Positions 43,536 to 55,440 of a DNA stretch of 64,000 bases are shown here, one piece after another. The DNA is from Diplonema japonicum (lineage: Eukaryota > Protista > Euglenozoa: Diplonemea): NCBI GenBank assembly GCA_964019335.1, contig OZ025650.1:868001-932000 (forward strand), read 5' to 3'. A program made the position numbers and the translations under genes. Positions within the stretch are counted from its first letter, which is position 1; every line of letters begins with the position of its first letter. The notes under the pieces were generated by a model. That model was given only the letters and a program-made list of their open reading frames with translations, ran no database searches and was not told the DNA's origin.

Positions 43536-44252
43536 ATGGGTGCCTACACCTACATGAACGAGATGTGGAAGAAGAAGCAGTCCGACGTGATGCGCTTCTT
43601 GCAGCGTATCAGGTGCTGGGAGTACCGTCACCAGAACCGTCTGATCCGTGTGCCTCACCCTACCAGGCCCGAGAAGGCAAGGAAGATGGGCTACAAGCGC
43701 AAGGCTGGGTACTCCGTGTTCCGTATCAGGGTATGTTTTGGCTACTCACAAAAAAAAAATAATCGTAACTCATAACCACACCACACAGATCCGCCGTGGT
43801 GGCCGCAAGAGGCCCGCTCACCGTGGTATCTGCTACGGTAAGCCCAAGACCGCAGGTGTTAACCAGCTGAAGAACAAGAAGAACACCCAGTCCATCGCTG
43901 AGGAGAAGGTTGGTCGTGCCATCGGCTCCCTGAGGGTGCTGAACTCTTACTGGGTGAACCAGGACGGTACCTTCAAGTGGTTCGAGATCATCTGCGTGGA
44001 CCCCTCCTCTACCACCATCCGCCGTGACCCCCGCATTAACTGGATCGCCAACGTATGTGTTACTGTTATTCTTCTTTTCCTAATCCCCCACCACAGCCCT
44101 GCCAGAAGCGTCGTGAGGCCCGTGGTCTCACCAGCGCTGGCCGCAAGCACCGTGGTCTCCGTCACAAGGGTCACAAGGCCAACCAGTTCCGTCCCAGCGC
44201 CCGCGCTGTGTGGAAGAGGCACAACGTTGTCCGTTTCTGGAGGTACCGTTAA
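43536..44252 (+). CDS. RPL15: 60S ribosomal protein L15 (eL15), copy 1; join(43536..43730,43789..44052,44097..44252)
   Basis: [22 protein letters not shown]... Two GTATGT..CAG introns (58 and 44 nt) give a canonical 204-aa protein ending WRYR. Confidence 0.96.
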
Positions 44253-44347
44253 GCCTGAGGTTGACCTCGGGTGGCGTCTCATGTCATCATTTATTTTTCA
44301 CTTTGTCCACAACCTCATGCAATTATTTACAGAAAAAAGAATCAAAA

Positions 44348-45066
44348 ATGGGTGCCTACACCTACATGAACGAGATGTGGAAGAAGAAGCAGTCCGACGT
44401 GATGCGCTTCTTGCAGCGTATCAGGTGCTGGGAGTACCGTCACCAGAACCGTCTGATCCGTGTGCCTCACCCTACCAGGCCCGAGAAGGCAAGGAAGATG
44501 GGCTACAAGCGCAAGGCTGGGTACTCCGTGTTCCGTATCAGGGTATGTTTTGGCTACTCACAAAAAAAAAAAATAATCGTAACTCATAACCACACCACAC
44601 AGATCCGCCGTGGTGGCCGCAAGAGGCCCGCTCACCGTGGTATCTGCTACGGTAAGCCCAAGACCGCAGGTGTTAACCAGCTGAAGAACAAGAAGAACAC
44701 CCAGTCCATCGCTGAGGAGAAGGTTGGTCGTGCCATCGGCTCCCTGAGGGTGCTGAACTCTTACTGGGTGAACCAGGACGGTACCTTCAAGTGGTTCGAG
44801 ATCATCTGCGTGGACCCCTCCTCTACCACCATCCGCCGTGACCCCCGCATTAACTGGATCGCTAACGTATGTGTTACTGTTATTCTTTTTTTCCTAATCC
44901 CCCACCACAGCCCTGCCAGAAGCGTCGTGAGGCCCGTGGTCTCACCAGCGCTGGCCGCAAGCACCGTGGTCTCCGTCACAAGGGTCACAAGGCCAACCAG
45001 TTCCGTCCCAGCGCCCGCGCTGTGTGGAAGAGGCACAACGTTGTCCGTTTCTGGAGGTACCGTTAA
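44348..45066 (+). CDS. RPL15: 60S ribosomal protein L15 (eL15), copy 2; join(44348..44542,44603..44866,44911..45066)
   Basis: Near-identical tandem copy with introns of 60 and 44 nt; 204 aa. Confidence 0.96.
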
Positions 45067-45248
45067 GCCTGAGGCCGCGACTTGGGCCGGCTTGCTTGTT
45101 ACCTTTGTTTTTTATTTTGTTTGTGTTGTTTTGCATCGTAACATATCAGCAAGCATAAGACTATCATATTTAACCTCCCCCATTACGCCCCTCCCGCATG
45201 TTTATTATAATACTTTGCAAGCACACAAAACACCACAGAATACACAAC

Positions 45249-46277
45249 ATGAAGGAGGAAGAGAGAGGGAGGTCGAGGACGGGAAGCATTCTTGGCATGG
45301 CAAGGAAGCTCAACGATAGTCTAAAGGGTAAGAAGCTCAGCCGGAAGGACTCGAAGTCTTCAAAACTGAGTGACGTGGTGACACCCACGACCCCCTCCCT
45401 CCCGAGAGTGGAATCCGTTGCATCAGAAGAAACTAGCGAGGAACCTGACGAGAAGCCAAAAGAGGAAAAGCTTGAAAGGAAGTCTGACAGCGACGTGTCA
45501 AGAAAGAGAAGCAAGAGAAAAACAAGTAGCAAAAGTGCGAAGCCTAGCGAGTCCCATTTCATTCCTCAACGGGTGCCTGTAGGCACGTCCCCACCCAGAA
45601 CGCCTCTAGGCAAGTCACCACCCAGATCACCTGTTGAGACACGGCTGCCCTTAGGGGAATCTCCGGCGAGGTCTCCTGTCGATGTGGGTCCTGATGGCAG
45701 CGAGGCAATGGGCGTGTCGGTGCGGAGTTCGATGAGCATGGCAGAGAGAAAGGGCAGCGGAGCGACATTGGGGAAGTCTGTTGATGAGGGCAGTGCAATA
45801 GAATCGGGACTACGATCGGTGCTGGACGGAAACTTGCTCCCAGAGGGTCCAGTCAGCAACAGTGAAATAGGAAACTTGTCACAAGCGTACGGTGCCCCGC
45901 TCGGAAGGTCACCAAAGAGATCTGAAAGCGGGTCAATGGCTTACACGCAAGAGCCGTGTAATAGCACGAGAAGCACAGAGGGTGTGAGCCCCCCTCGCAC
46001 ACCACCTTATGACGACACCTTCGCTCAAAGCCTCAAAAGGCCCATGGGGTGTATCAAACCCGTGCGGCGGACGGCAGACGGGACTATAATCATCGAGACC
46101 CCGCCTGCCGCCAACAAGATGGAGTGGCATCCAGGGGTAGGGTCGGGGCTGTGCAGGTGCAGGTTGTGCTTGCGAGCGGAGTGCAACAAATTAGTCGCCT
46201 TTGCATCGAAGCACCCTGAAGAAGCAGCAGCGTACTACAAGGAAAGACAACAAAATAGATTATATGGTACCAGTTAA
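45249..46277 (+). CDS. Hypothetical Ser/Pro-rich, probably disordered protein with a C-terminal Cys cluster
   Basis: ATG ORF; repeated PLG(K/E/R)SP motifs; [16 protein letters not shown]. Confidence 0.65.
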   Translation: MKEEERGRSRTGSILGMARKLNDSLKGKKLSRKDSKSSKLSDVVTPTTPSLPRVESVASEETSEEPDEKPKEEKLERKSDSDVSRKRSKRKTSSKSAKPSESHFIPQRVPVGTSPPRTPLGKSPPRSPVETRLPLGESPARSPVDVGPDGSEAMGVSVRSSMSMAERKGSGATLGKSVDEGSAIESGLRSVLDGNLLPEGPVSNSEIGNLSQAYGAPLGRSPKRSESGSMAYTQEPCNSTRSTEGVSPPRTPPYDDTFAQSLKRPMGCIKPVRRTADGTIIIETPPAANKMEWHPGVGSGLCRCRLCLRAECNKLVAFASKHPEEAAAYYKERQQNRLYGTS

Positions 46278-46359
46278 AAAAAAAAAAAAAAAGAGGAAGG
46301 ATACCTATTTATTAATCAACTTTCCTTTGCTGCAGAATAATAAAGGAGAGAGGGAGAAA

Positions 46360-46971
46360 ATGAAGTGGGAAGTTGCAGGAGGAGTTGCAGGACTGGTGGG
46401 GTTGGCATGTGTGGCAAAGTGCTGCAAGCGGGAGGACGAAGATGAATATGCACCTGTTTTAAAGGTGCCTGAGGGAGTGACGATGAAAGAGATTCCTGGG
46501 GCAGTGGAGGAAGAAAAAGAAGAGTCGGCGTTAGATATCTTGGATCAGTTACTGGCCCATAACCGGGCTATTAAAAATCGACGCAAGGGGTTCCCTGAGG
46601 AAGAAGTGGAGGAAGAGTACTCCGACTCCATCTTAGAGGAGGACGAGGATGAAGAGGACTGGGAAGACATAGATACGAGCGAAGATATCCCTGACTTGGA
46701 AGGACTCGAGGATATTGATGATGACGATGAAGATGTAAAAAAAATACAAGCGCTCATGAGGGACCCGGAATTCATGCAAGAATTGGTGTGTATTTTTTTT
46801 TTTTTTTGTTTGTTGTTGCTGTTGTTCAACTATCACAGGTCGACCAACAACTGCAATACGCTCTTGAAGAAGAAGAAAGAGCACTGGGGCAGAAAAAACC
46901 GAAAAAGGTATGGCAGAGGAACAAACAATAAAATATCTTATTTGTAGAACGCTGTTAGAAAGAGGAAATAG
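46360..46971 (+). CDS. Hypothetical N-anchored acidic protein; join(46360..46785,46839..46907,46948..46971)
   Basis: Hydrophobic N-terminus and Asp/Glu-rich core. Two GT-AG introns (53 and 40 nt) restore a clean frame ending NAVRKRK. Confidence 0.7.
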
Positions 46972-47170
46972 ACAACATCATGCTTTTTTTACCCCCCCTG
47001 TTTTTTTCCGTGCCTTGCGTTTGCCTCCCCCCCCCCCCCCACAATCTTTTGATCCACCATAGATCTGCTTGACAGTTGAAGCTGTTTTTTTTTTTTTTTT
47101 TTTTTTTTTTTCGTTCTCCTTTTCCCCCCTCCTTTCCCCCCTTTAAGTATCTCCTCTCCAGATATCTGAA

Positions 47171-48764
47171 ATGATGCTGCGGCAAGTGATGTTGCGCCCC
47201 TTTGCTGGTGCAGTGAGGGGCATGAGGTGGTGTCATAACAAGTCGTTGGCACACTTCGACCTTTCGCAGGAGACGTTGGATGCGCTTCGGACGAAGGGTA
47301 TCAAGGAGTTGTTCCCTATTCAGGAGCAGACCTTCAAGCATTGTTTCGAAGGGAAGGACGTGGTCGGACGCGCGAGGACTGGTACAGGCAAGACGCTTGC
47401 CTTTGCGTTGCCTATTGTGGAAAAGCTGTTGAAACAAGCCCCTTCGAAGCCAAACCACCCTGCAGTGCTGATCATTCTGCCGACCAGGGAGCTTTGCAAG
47501 CAGGTCTGTGACGAGATTGTGAGCGTGTCGTCTGGCACCATCTCGGCAGAGGCCTTCTACGGTGGGACCTCGTACCATCAACAGTACGCTGCCCTCGACA
47601 AGGGGCTGGACGTCGCTGTCGGCTGCCCAGGTAGGCTGCTCGACCACATCCAGAACAAGGGTTCCATGAAGCTCAGCGATGTGCAGGTTCTGGTCCTTGA
47701 TGAGGCAGACAGGATGCTTGACATGGGCTTCGCCAAGGAGATCGAGACTGTGGTCCAGCAGATCGGTGCCGACAGGCAGACCTTGCTCTTCTCTGCGACC
47801 CTCCCCCACTGGGTGAACGCCATCATCAAGAAGTACATGAAGAACGAGGTGGTCGTCGACCTCATCGGCGACTCTGACAACCAGACCGCTCAGAACATCG
47901 ACCACAAGATGGTTCAGTGTACCCACCCCAACAAGGGCCCTGTCATCGCAGCCCTCATCAAGCAGTACAGCAAGCCCGGCAATCGCAGTATCGTCTTCGT
48001 CGAGCGCAAGGTCGACGCCAACGCCATCGGCCGTGACGCGACCCTCAGGAACACCGTCGGCCGTGTGGGGGTGTTGCACGGTGATATCTCCCAGGGCATG
48101 CGTGACCAAGCTATGCAGCAATTCAAGTCGGGTGAGTGCAAAGTGCTCATCGCGACTGACATCGCAGCACGAGGCATCGACGTGACTGGCATTGACCTTG
48201 TTGTCATGAACGAGCCCCCTAAGAATATCGACTCGTACATCCACAGGAGTGGGCGTACTGCGCGTGCTGGAACCAAGGGGACCTGTGCAGTGGTGGTGGG
48301 GTACGGACAGCAGCATATGATGGGCCAGATCCAGAAAGCAATCCAGACAACGGTGTGTAATGCAATGTAACGTAAAAACACATAAACGACAGATTGAGGA
48401 CATTCCGCTCCCACCTGGTGCGGACGTGCCCGCAGCACATGAAATGCCGAGAATGGATAGGGGTGGTGGCGGACGTGGTGGACGTGGTGGATATGACCGT
48501 GGCGGCTATGGTGGTGGTGGTGGTGGTGGTGGTGGTGGCTACGACCGTGGGGGCTTTGGTGGTGGTGGCGGCTATGGTGGTGGCGGCGGCGGTAGGTACA
48601 ATGACAGGCGTGGCGGTGGTGGTTATGGTGGCGGTGGCGGTGGCGGATACAGTGGTGGTGGCGGTGGCGGATACGGTGGTGGTGGTGGTGGCGGTGGTGG
48701 TAGCCGAGGTGGAGGTGGTGGCAGGCGAGGACGTGACATGGAGGACGATTTTGACTTCTTCTAA
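47171..48764 (+). CDS. Mitochondrion-targeted DEAD-box RNA helicase (DDX21-like) with RGG/GY-rich tail; join(47171..48352,48393..48764)
   Basis: Presequence MMLRQVMLRPFAGAVRG; Q motif, ARTGTGKT, PTREL, DEAD, SAT, ARGID, HRSGRTAR. A 40-nt GTGTGT..ACAG intron joins the RGG tail. Confidence 0.9.
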
Positions 48765-49270
48765 ACACAAGAACCCTATCAGTTATCATAGAAAGTTACC
48801 CCCTTTTCATCCCTCTTTCTTCTTTTTTTTGTACTATTCCCCATGTTACCCCTTTCAACGGAGCACACATCATTTAAAAAAAATACAATCTACCCCAACC
48901 CTCCAGTTTTTATTTATTTGCATTTTAGTCAGATCACAGCATGCAGTACCTATCATGATTCGTACGAAAGTGAAGTGCTGACTCTTTTTTTTTCACACAG
49001 CAGGGTGGTTAATGCCAACGCAGTCGTGAGTTTTTCTTCCACAGCACATCCTTTCCCTTCAATTTCCAAAGCACACTCCAATTTTCTTTTATTTAGGAAT
49101 ACCCGGAGGGTATATTTCCTCCATCACCCCCCCCCCCCCCCCTTCTTCTTTTTTACCACTGTAAATCAATCGAAGGAGTATTGTATTCACAGGTAAACCC
49201 CCCCCGTCCCCCCCAACGTCTTTCAACATCACCCTTCTCCCCCTCCCCCCTTTTCTTTGCCAGTCTGATC

Positions 49271-50854
49271 ATGGGCTGCACAAAATCACATGATAAACGG
49301 CCTGAGGGTGCAGTCGATGCCAGCTTACATTGCGTGTTGAAGAAGAAGTCTGTGTACAGGGATGAAGATCTGACGGTGGTAGTGAATGCGTGGAATGGTG
49401 CCCTGTATTCGGTGAACGATTACACGATTTACCAAGAAATCGGGAAAGGAGCAACTTCAGTAGCGTACTTGGCGATGAAAGACGGGGTGCTGTTTGCTGT
49501 GAAGGTGCAGAGGAGGAAGGATACGAGCTCTGCGGAGACCTCGTGCTTGAAAAACCTCGAACACCCAAATGTTGTGGAGCTCCGCGAGGTCGCCGAGAGC
49601 GAGGGCCACCACATGGTGTATTGCTTTTACGAGTATCTTTCGGGAGGTGCCCTCTGCAATGTCTCGTCCAGCGGGTACCTCCAAGAACCCATCTGGCCTG
49701 TGCACCATACAAGGAAGATCTTCTCGCAGGTCCTTGAGACCCTTGTCCACCTCCACCGCGTCGGCATCGTTCACCGTGATCTCAAACCCGACAACATCTT
49801 ATGGACAGACACAAGCAAAGTGAGGGTGAAGCTCATCGACTTTGGGTCCGTGCTGCACCTCAAGACACAGAACGACACATCACGAAAAACAGTGGGAACG
49901 CCTTTCTTCATGCCGCCCGAGGTCTCTACGGGGGATAAGTTCCCGTCAAAAGAACTCGATGTGTGGTCCATCGGAGTCATGATGTACTTGGTGTCGACGG
50001 GAAAGGTGCCCTTTGGTGCTGGATGCACCAGTGCCATGCAGTATTACATGAAGCTGGAAGAAGAGGCGAGGGACAACCTGGACTTCCCGGATGGGTTTGA
50101 TCCGGAGCTGCAGGAAGTCATTTCGAAGATTCTCGATGCTGATATTGTGAACCGTGTAACGTTGGATGAGTTGAGGAACCTTCCGTGGTTCACGGGTTAC
50201 AAGTACCCTGTTCCTTTGGAGGATGTGGAGCAGCCTTTGAGCCCGCTGTCGCCTTTCTTGTTCGTACATCGAAGTGCGCTTCCAAGGTCACCATCTAAGA
50301 AACGTGAGGTGCACAAGGAGGATGTCTCAGAGCAGGGGTTTAATATTCTTGTCGCGGACAGTCATTACAGGTCGTTGCATATTATGGTGCAGATTCTCAA
50401 GACGCTTACGAACGACTGCCCCTGTGGGATCACCATCGACTCCTGTGCCGATGCTGACGAGGCGGTAGTTTCGTCAAACACTTTGAAGTACGACATCATC
50501 TTCCTGAACATACACAACCCTCAGATGTCTGGCATCGAAGCCTCGCAGTGCATCAAGACTTCCAGCAAGTTTAACATGACTACCGCCATCGTGGGCATGG
50601 CAACGAGTTGCACTCCTGAGCTCCTTGAAATCGTACAAAAAGCCGGCATGGAAAATCTCCTCCTCAAGCCAACGAATGAGCAAGATGTTCGTGATATTCT
50701 AAAATGGGCGGGGCTTCCTCTTGACCCGTTCCCTGCTTCAATAGACTACAATGATATTTACGACTCTAAGAACTGCTACGACACGTGCTGGAAGAGGAAG
50801 TCCCTCGACACATGCCATATTACCATGCCGATGACTTCTAGGAAGAGCGTGTGA
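49271..50854 (+). CDS. CaMKK-like Ser/Thr kinase fused to a C-terminal receiver (REC)-like domain; MGC N-terminus
   Basis: VNDYTIYQEIGKG, AVK, HRDLKPDN, DFG, GTPFFMPPE. REC pattern ILVADS..YDIIFLNIHNPQMSGIE..IVGMA..AGMENLLLKP. Confidence 0.85.
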   Translation: MGCTKSHDKRPEGAVDASLHCVLKKKSVYRDEDLTVVVNAWNGALYSVNDYTIYQEIGKGATSVAYLAMKDGVLFAVKVQRRKDTSSAETSCLKNLEHPNVVELREVAESEGHHMVYCFYEYLSGGALCNVSSSGYLQEPIWPVHHTRKIFSQVLETLVHLHRVGIVHRDLKPDNILWTDTSKVRVKLIDFGSVLHLKTQNDTSRKTVGTPFFMPPEVSTGDKFPSKELDVWSIGVMMYLVSTGKVPFGAGCTSAMQYYMKLEEEARDNLDFPDGFDPELQEVISKILDADIVNRVTLDELRNLPWFTGYKYPVPLEDVEQPLSPLSPFLFVHRSALPRSPSKKREVHKEDVSEQGFNILVADSHYRSLHIMVQILKTLTNDCPCGITIDSCADADEAVVSSNTLKYDIIFLNIHNPQMSGIEASQCIKTSSKFNMTTAIVGMATSCTPELLEIVQKAGMENLLLKPTNEQDVRDILKWAGLPLDPFPASIDYNDIYDSKNCYDTCWKRKSLDTCHITMPMTSRKSV

Positions 50855-52213
50855 AATATTTTTTTTAAAAAAAAAGAAGAAAGAACTAAAATAGGATTCG
50901 TTTACTATTTACTATTATTCTATGTATGCCCCCGTCCCCCCCCCCCCCCCCCCACATGCCCCGTTTGATTGTAATATCTTCGGGGGGGGGGGGGGGAGAT
51001 TTAACTTTTTTTATTTAATGAGCAATTATATGGGAATTGTCATTAGTCGCTGGCCTCTCAAGTTAGTTCGGGCGGGGTTTAGCGAATTTTTTAAGGCTAC
51101 GGTGGCAGGGGGGCATCACAAGGTTGGAGTGAGCTCACTGCGGTGGGCCGTTGGCACCGCCGTTTGAGCCACTTCGTTACCATAGTGAATTTTTTTGTTT
51201 CCATTGGGGGGGGTGTTCTACTTTTATGGCCACGATAATCAAACATTTGTGAATGATTGTGGGCTCTTCTTTTTTTTTCCCCCTCTATTCTTTCTCTAGT
51301 TCCTCAGATAAAATAAAAGAATAAAGAAATTAAAAAAAATAAAGAACAAGAGTTTGCTTTTTTTTCTTTTTTTTTCCAGAATTTTTCGACACGAAGAATT
51401 AGCTCCATAATTCTTGCTTTCTTCTATTTTTCTCTCTAGGAAGGTTGATATAAAATGAAGAACTGACTGAACAGAGGGGAAGAGGGAAGTGGTGTCACAC
51501 CAAAATTATTTACAGTACCAAAGAAAATGAGATAGGGCAAACATTTCTTTCCCCCTCCCCTTTTCTTTTGGATGCCTTCCCTCCCTCTCTTTACCGATTC
51601 AAGTAAAAGAAACAAAAGGGGGGGGAAAAAAGCAAAAGCAGGAACAATTATTTTTTTTTTTTTTTTACCATCCGCTTTTCTTTTTTTTTTTTCCCTTCCT
51701 TCGTCTTCCATCCTCAAAATATTTTCCTTCCTCCTCTCTGCTTGTGAAAGAAAGGAATCCCTGATGGGCGCAAAAACTCTGATCTTGAAAAAATGGTTTT
51801 TGTAACTCTCACGGCCTTTCTTGCTACTTACCTCCCCCTGCCCCCCCCCCCCTTTTTTTTGTTCTCCTCTTCCTACTGTGACAAACCAATATTGAAAATG
51901 TGACATATTATAATCATGGTATACTGACGAACCTGGTTTGGAAAAATAAAGGCTCACAAGTGAACTGTGAACATAATATTAGCAAGTTAAAAAAATTTTT
52001 TTAGCACTTTTTTTTTGTTTCCCGGGAATTGAGTCGACAAATCTTTCAGGGAAAGTGCATAAAGGTTGGTAACAATTTGCGTTTTTGTTTTGTTTTTGTT
52101 TTTTTTTTTTTTTTTCTTTTTTTTTTTTTTTTTAGGGCTAAATAAAAACTTTTTTTTTCGTTTCATTCTCTTTTTTTTTGTTCGGAAAAAAAAAAAGAAA
52201 GAAAAAAAAATAG

Positions 52214-52260
<47 letters not shown>

Positions 52261-52942
52261 ATTTTGTTTTTACTCCCTTCCTGGTGGAAGGGGGATGTGG
52301 CATTATTCTCTGCCAAGTGCGCCGAGAAAACAAAAACAACAAAAAAGATGACAAACAAAAAAGAAAAATGAAGGAAGGGGGGGAAAGAAGTCTTTTTTCC
52401 CTCCCCTTTTCCTAACCCCCCCCCCTTTTTTTTCCGTAGCTCAGATGTGTTACGATTTCTTGCATTACTTTTTAACCATAAAGGTCGGCTTTCTTTAGAA
52501 GGTCTAAAGGTGCTGATTATTGGCGAAGTGCTTTTTTCCCCCTTTTTTTTTTTCGTATTTAACAAGTACTACTCGGTTTTTTGTAGGGATTTAAATTACA
52601 CCCTTCTCAGTTTTTACTTCATTCACTGCACCCCAATTTTATTTCCTTCCAGAAAATACTAATTATTCCGTCATATGCCGGTGATTGGCTCACAGGTCCA
52701 ATCCTCGTGTTCGGTGCCCTCCGATGATACTTTTTAGTATGGCCATGACCTAATGACTTAATTCTTTTAAAGTGTTTTTTTTAAGTTGGATTCGAGCTGG
52801 GTGGGGACCCCCCTTTCTCAAAAATGTGACCAGGGATACTGAAGTAAAATTGAGGGGAGCAAAAAAAAAAAAAAAAAAAATACAAACCACCTTTTATCCA
52901 CACAAAGGAACTTTTCTGTCACTCTGGGGGGGGGGGGGGGGG

Positions 52943-53057
52943 GCGTTCGCCGAAGCTAGTCGTAGCCCGATAAATCCGTTGTATCCTGACTAGTCACGTA
53001 TCTCTCTAGACTGGGTTCTGGCTTAGAGGCGTTCAGCCATAATCCATCCAGTGGTAG
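52943..53057 (-). rRNA. Isolated fragment (pseudogene) of the cytosolic LSU rRNA 3' region
   Basis: Reverse complement reads CTACCACTGGATGGATTATGGCTGAACGCCTCTAAGCCAGAACCCAGTCTAGA, matching the conserved 25S/28S 3' segment. The firm match is ~53006-53057; the extension to 52943 is inferred. Confidence 0.8.
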
Positions 53058-54379
53058 TCCACTCGAGTGACAGGAAAGAATTCACTATTCGTTGTGAATA
53101 AGTAACTATATTTACGAAGAATCCCCCCTCCCCCCGTTTTCCATGTCCAAATTATTCTGGTGGCTGCCGAGGTGGCAAAATGACAATTACATGTGTAATA
53201 TTGGAGAGGGGGGGAAAGAAAAGACAAAGGGGGGGGGGGGGGGGGGGAAAGAACCATTTTTTTCTCAAGCACCCGCGTTTCTGTCCTTTATGTTGAGTGC
53301 ATCGCCAGTAAAAAGTTTCAACGTTTCCCCTCCCCGCACCCTTTTTTTTTTTTTTTTTTTTTTTTGCTCTAGAACTCTGTAATTGAGCAAAAAAAAAAAA
53401 GAAAAAAAAAAAGGGTGAAAGAAAACATTCTTGGTGGGTCGTTGCTAAACTTTTTGATTTTTCTTTTTTTTTTTTCTTTTTGATATTTTCTCGCTGATTT
53501 TTTCCCTTTTACTTCAACTATTCCATTTTTTTCTCTTTTTTATGTTTTAGCCGACTAGTAGTGCAAAAGGGGGGCCAGTTCTCTCAGGCGGTATTAGTCA
53601 ACATGGGCCGTTTTTAAAAGCATGTCAGAAGACACCTTTTTAAACATACCCGCTCAGAACTTTTTAGCACTCTGTATCTCTTAACCCATCAAGCAAATCC
53701 CGTCCGAATTTCCTCTTAAAACTGTGGAGGGACCACTGCATTACCTTTGCAGCGGGTACTTTTCGATATGTCAAAAGACCTCCATTGTTAAAAAAAAAAA
53801 AAAAAAAAAAAAACACTTTTCTTTCTTCCAGCCTACCCAACGGAAGGGGATCAAATGCGGGATTTTAGAGATGTGATACGTGGAAAAAAAAAAAAAAAAA
53901 AAAAGAGAAAAGAAAAGTGCTAACATGGAACGTTGCTAACTCTTTTATTTTATCTATCGCCTCTTATCCGTCTTTTTTTTTCATTTCATTTCAGTTCTGC
54001 TTAGCTTGATTTAGTATCACAAAGTTTTTTGTTTGTTGCTTTCGTTCGTCTATCTGTTTTTTTTTCTTTTCTTCTCCTTTCTTTTCTTTGTTTGTTTCTT
54101 TTTTACATATCCATGACTCCGTCCAGCTAAAAGTGTGACATTGGAATAGCGCAAGCGCCATCCCGTTACCGTTCTTTTTATTAATCCCTAAACGCCCGGA
54201 GCCTACCTACGGCACCCCCCCCATTTTCATTGTTGCTTTGAATGCTCGAAAAAAAGGGCAGCATGCAACCATAGGAAGATATCGACAACCCGGTTCTTAC
54301 TCGGTTCTTCACGGAAAGTAAGACATCACCTTTAGCTGGACGGAGTCATATTATCCTGGCAAAAAAAAAAAAGAAAGAA

Positions 54380-55440
54380 AGAAAAAAAGAGGAACTGGCC
54401 GTTGTTTGTACGTGCCGGAACATGTCCTCTGCCCTTTAGCGCCACACCTCGCACAGTGCACCGCAGTGTCACCGTGCGAGGTGTCGCACTCCTCGAAGAT
54501 GCAATCCGCGAGGTGAGGGGCGCGAGTGCTTCCCGATGGGTACTCGAGGTCCGCGTATTGGACCAGATCATCCCAGTCTAGTGCCGTCATTTGTTTGTAC
54601 GTGCCGGGTAAAACCTGGAGAAGTTTGTCAACCCGAAACACGTTGCCAACGTTCCCCTTTTGTTTAGACAAGTCAAAGACTCGTTCTTGCAAAAAAACGC
54701 TTCTTTAACCCTTATGCAGCCGGGGGGGGGGGGGGGGGGGGGGGTGATGTTTTTTTTGGAATTTTCCGATTTTGGGTCTTAGTTGGCATGGATCGAACAT
54801 GCTGGTCTTTGAGTTTATTTGATTCAAGGTACGCATTTGAAAGATGCGTTCATTCCACTAAATACTTTACTAAAGGGTTTTCGACCCATGGAGGTACATC
54901 AGCCCATGGAGGTATCTGTTTACAGAAGGAACGTTGGATGATGGCTGACTTACTGTAACTTGCCCAAATGCGTTGCGGCGAAGCTGTTGTCCTTCATATC
55001 TAGAAATACAATACTAGGGGCTGTGCTGCTGGTTTACTCGAAGGCAGGAACAAACTGGTTGGGAGGGTGAGGACCTTCAGGAACTTGGGCTCGTGGGGCT
55101 GCGTGAACCGTTCAGCTGGAGGATCTGAGAAGAGCTAACGAACCAGAGCTCTTAGGAAAAATACCCATTTTCTTGTGTCACCCAGTGTCTCAGCACCCTT
55201 TTCTGGGATGAAGTTATGAAGTTTCAGATGGATGCAAATAGCGCATTTAACGCAAATTTTTAAAATCTTTCCATTCCATCTTTTTCTTCTGAAAACCGAA
55301 CCGAGACTCTGGTCTAGATGACCAGAGAACAATTACACCTATTAAGTGCTTCTACAGCAGTTGGCTGCATAAGGGTTAAAAAAGAAATTATAAAAGGTTC
55401 CTGGTTGTGGGGACGAAGGGACAACGGGATCATCTGCGTC
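54380..55440 (-). pseudogene. Decayed minus-strand ORF with a zinc-ribbon-like Cys cluster, interrupted by the piggyBac-type element
   Basis: QERVFDLSKQKG...DCIFEECDTSHGDTAVHCARCG. Removing 54709-55379 joins it (with a 1-nt homopolymer shift) to DADDPVVPSSPQPGTFYNFFFKEAF. Confidence 0.35.
54709..55375. mobile_element. 667-bp non-autonomous piggyBac-type element
   Basis: TTAA|CCCTTATGCAGCC ... GGCTGCATAAGGG|TTAA: perfect 13-bp TIR, CCC/GGG ends and TTAA TSD. Internal direct repeat CCCATGGAGGTA occurs twice. Confidence 0.9.

Noticed and set aside
43648-45319. Apparent frameshifted or fused RPL15 ORFs (313 and 369 aa)
   Set aside because: Fully explained by two GT-AG introns per copy giving 204 aa; no recoding is needed.
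48460-48730. GGT/GGC tandem repeat as a satellite or array
   Set aside because: It encodes the RGG/GY tail of the DEAD-box helicase.
51040-51215. GC-rich segment with AATTTTTT Sm-like sites as an snRNA or SL RNA
   Set aside because: No recognisable snRNA or spliced-leader sequence, and T-runs are ubiquitous here.
51436-52662. Poly-Lys/Phe ORFs in intergenic DNA (many across the window)
   Set aside because: Translations of A/T homopolymer tracts.
54351-54692. Fanzor/TnpB or gag zinc knuckle next to TIR elements
   Set aside because: No RuvC motifs, no D-x-N-A-A-x-N-I after the Cys cluster, and no proper CCHC His.
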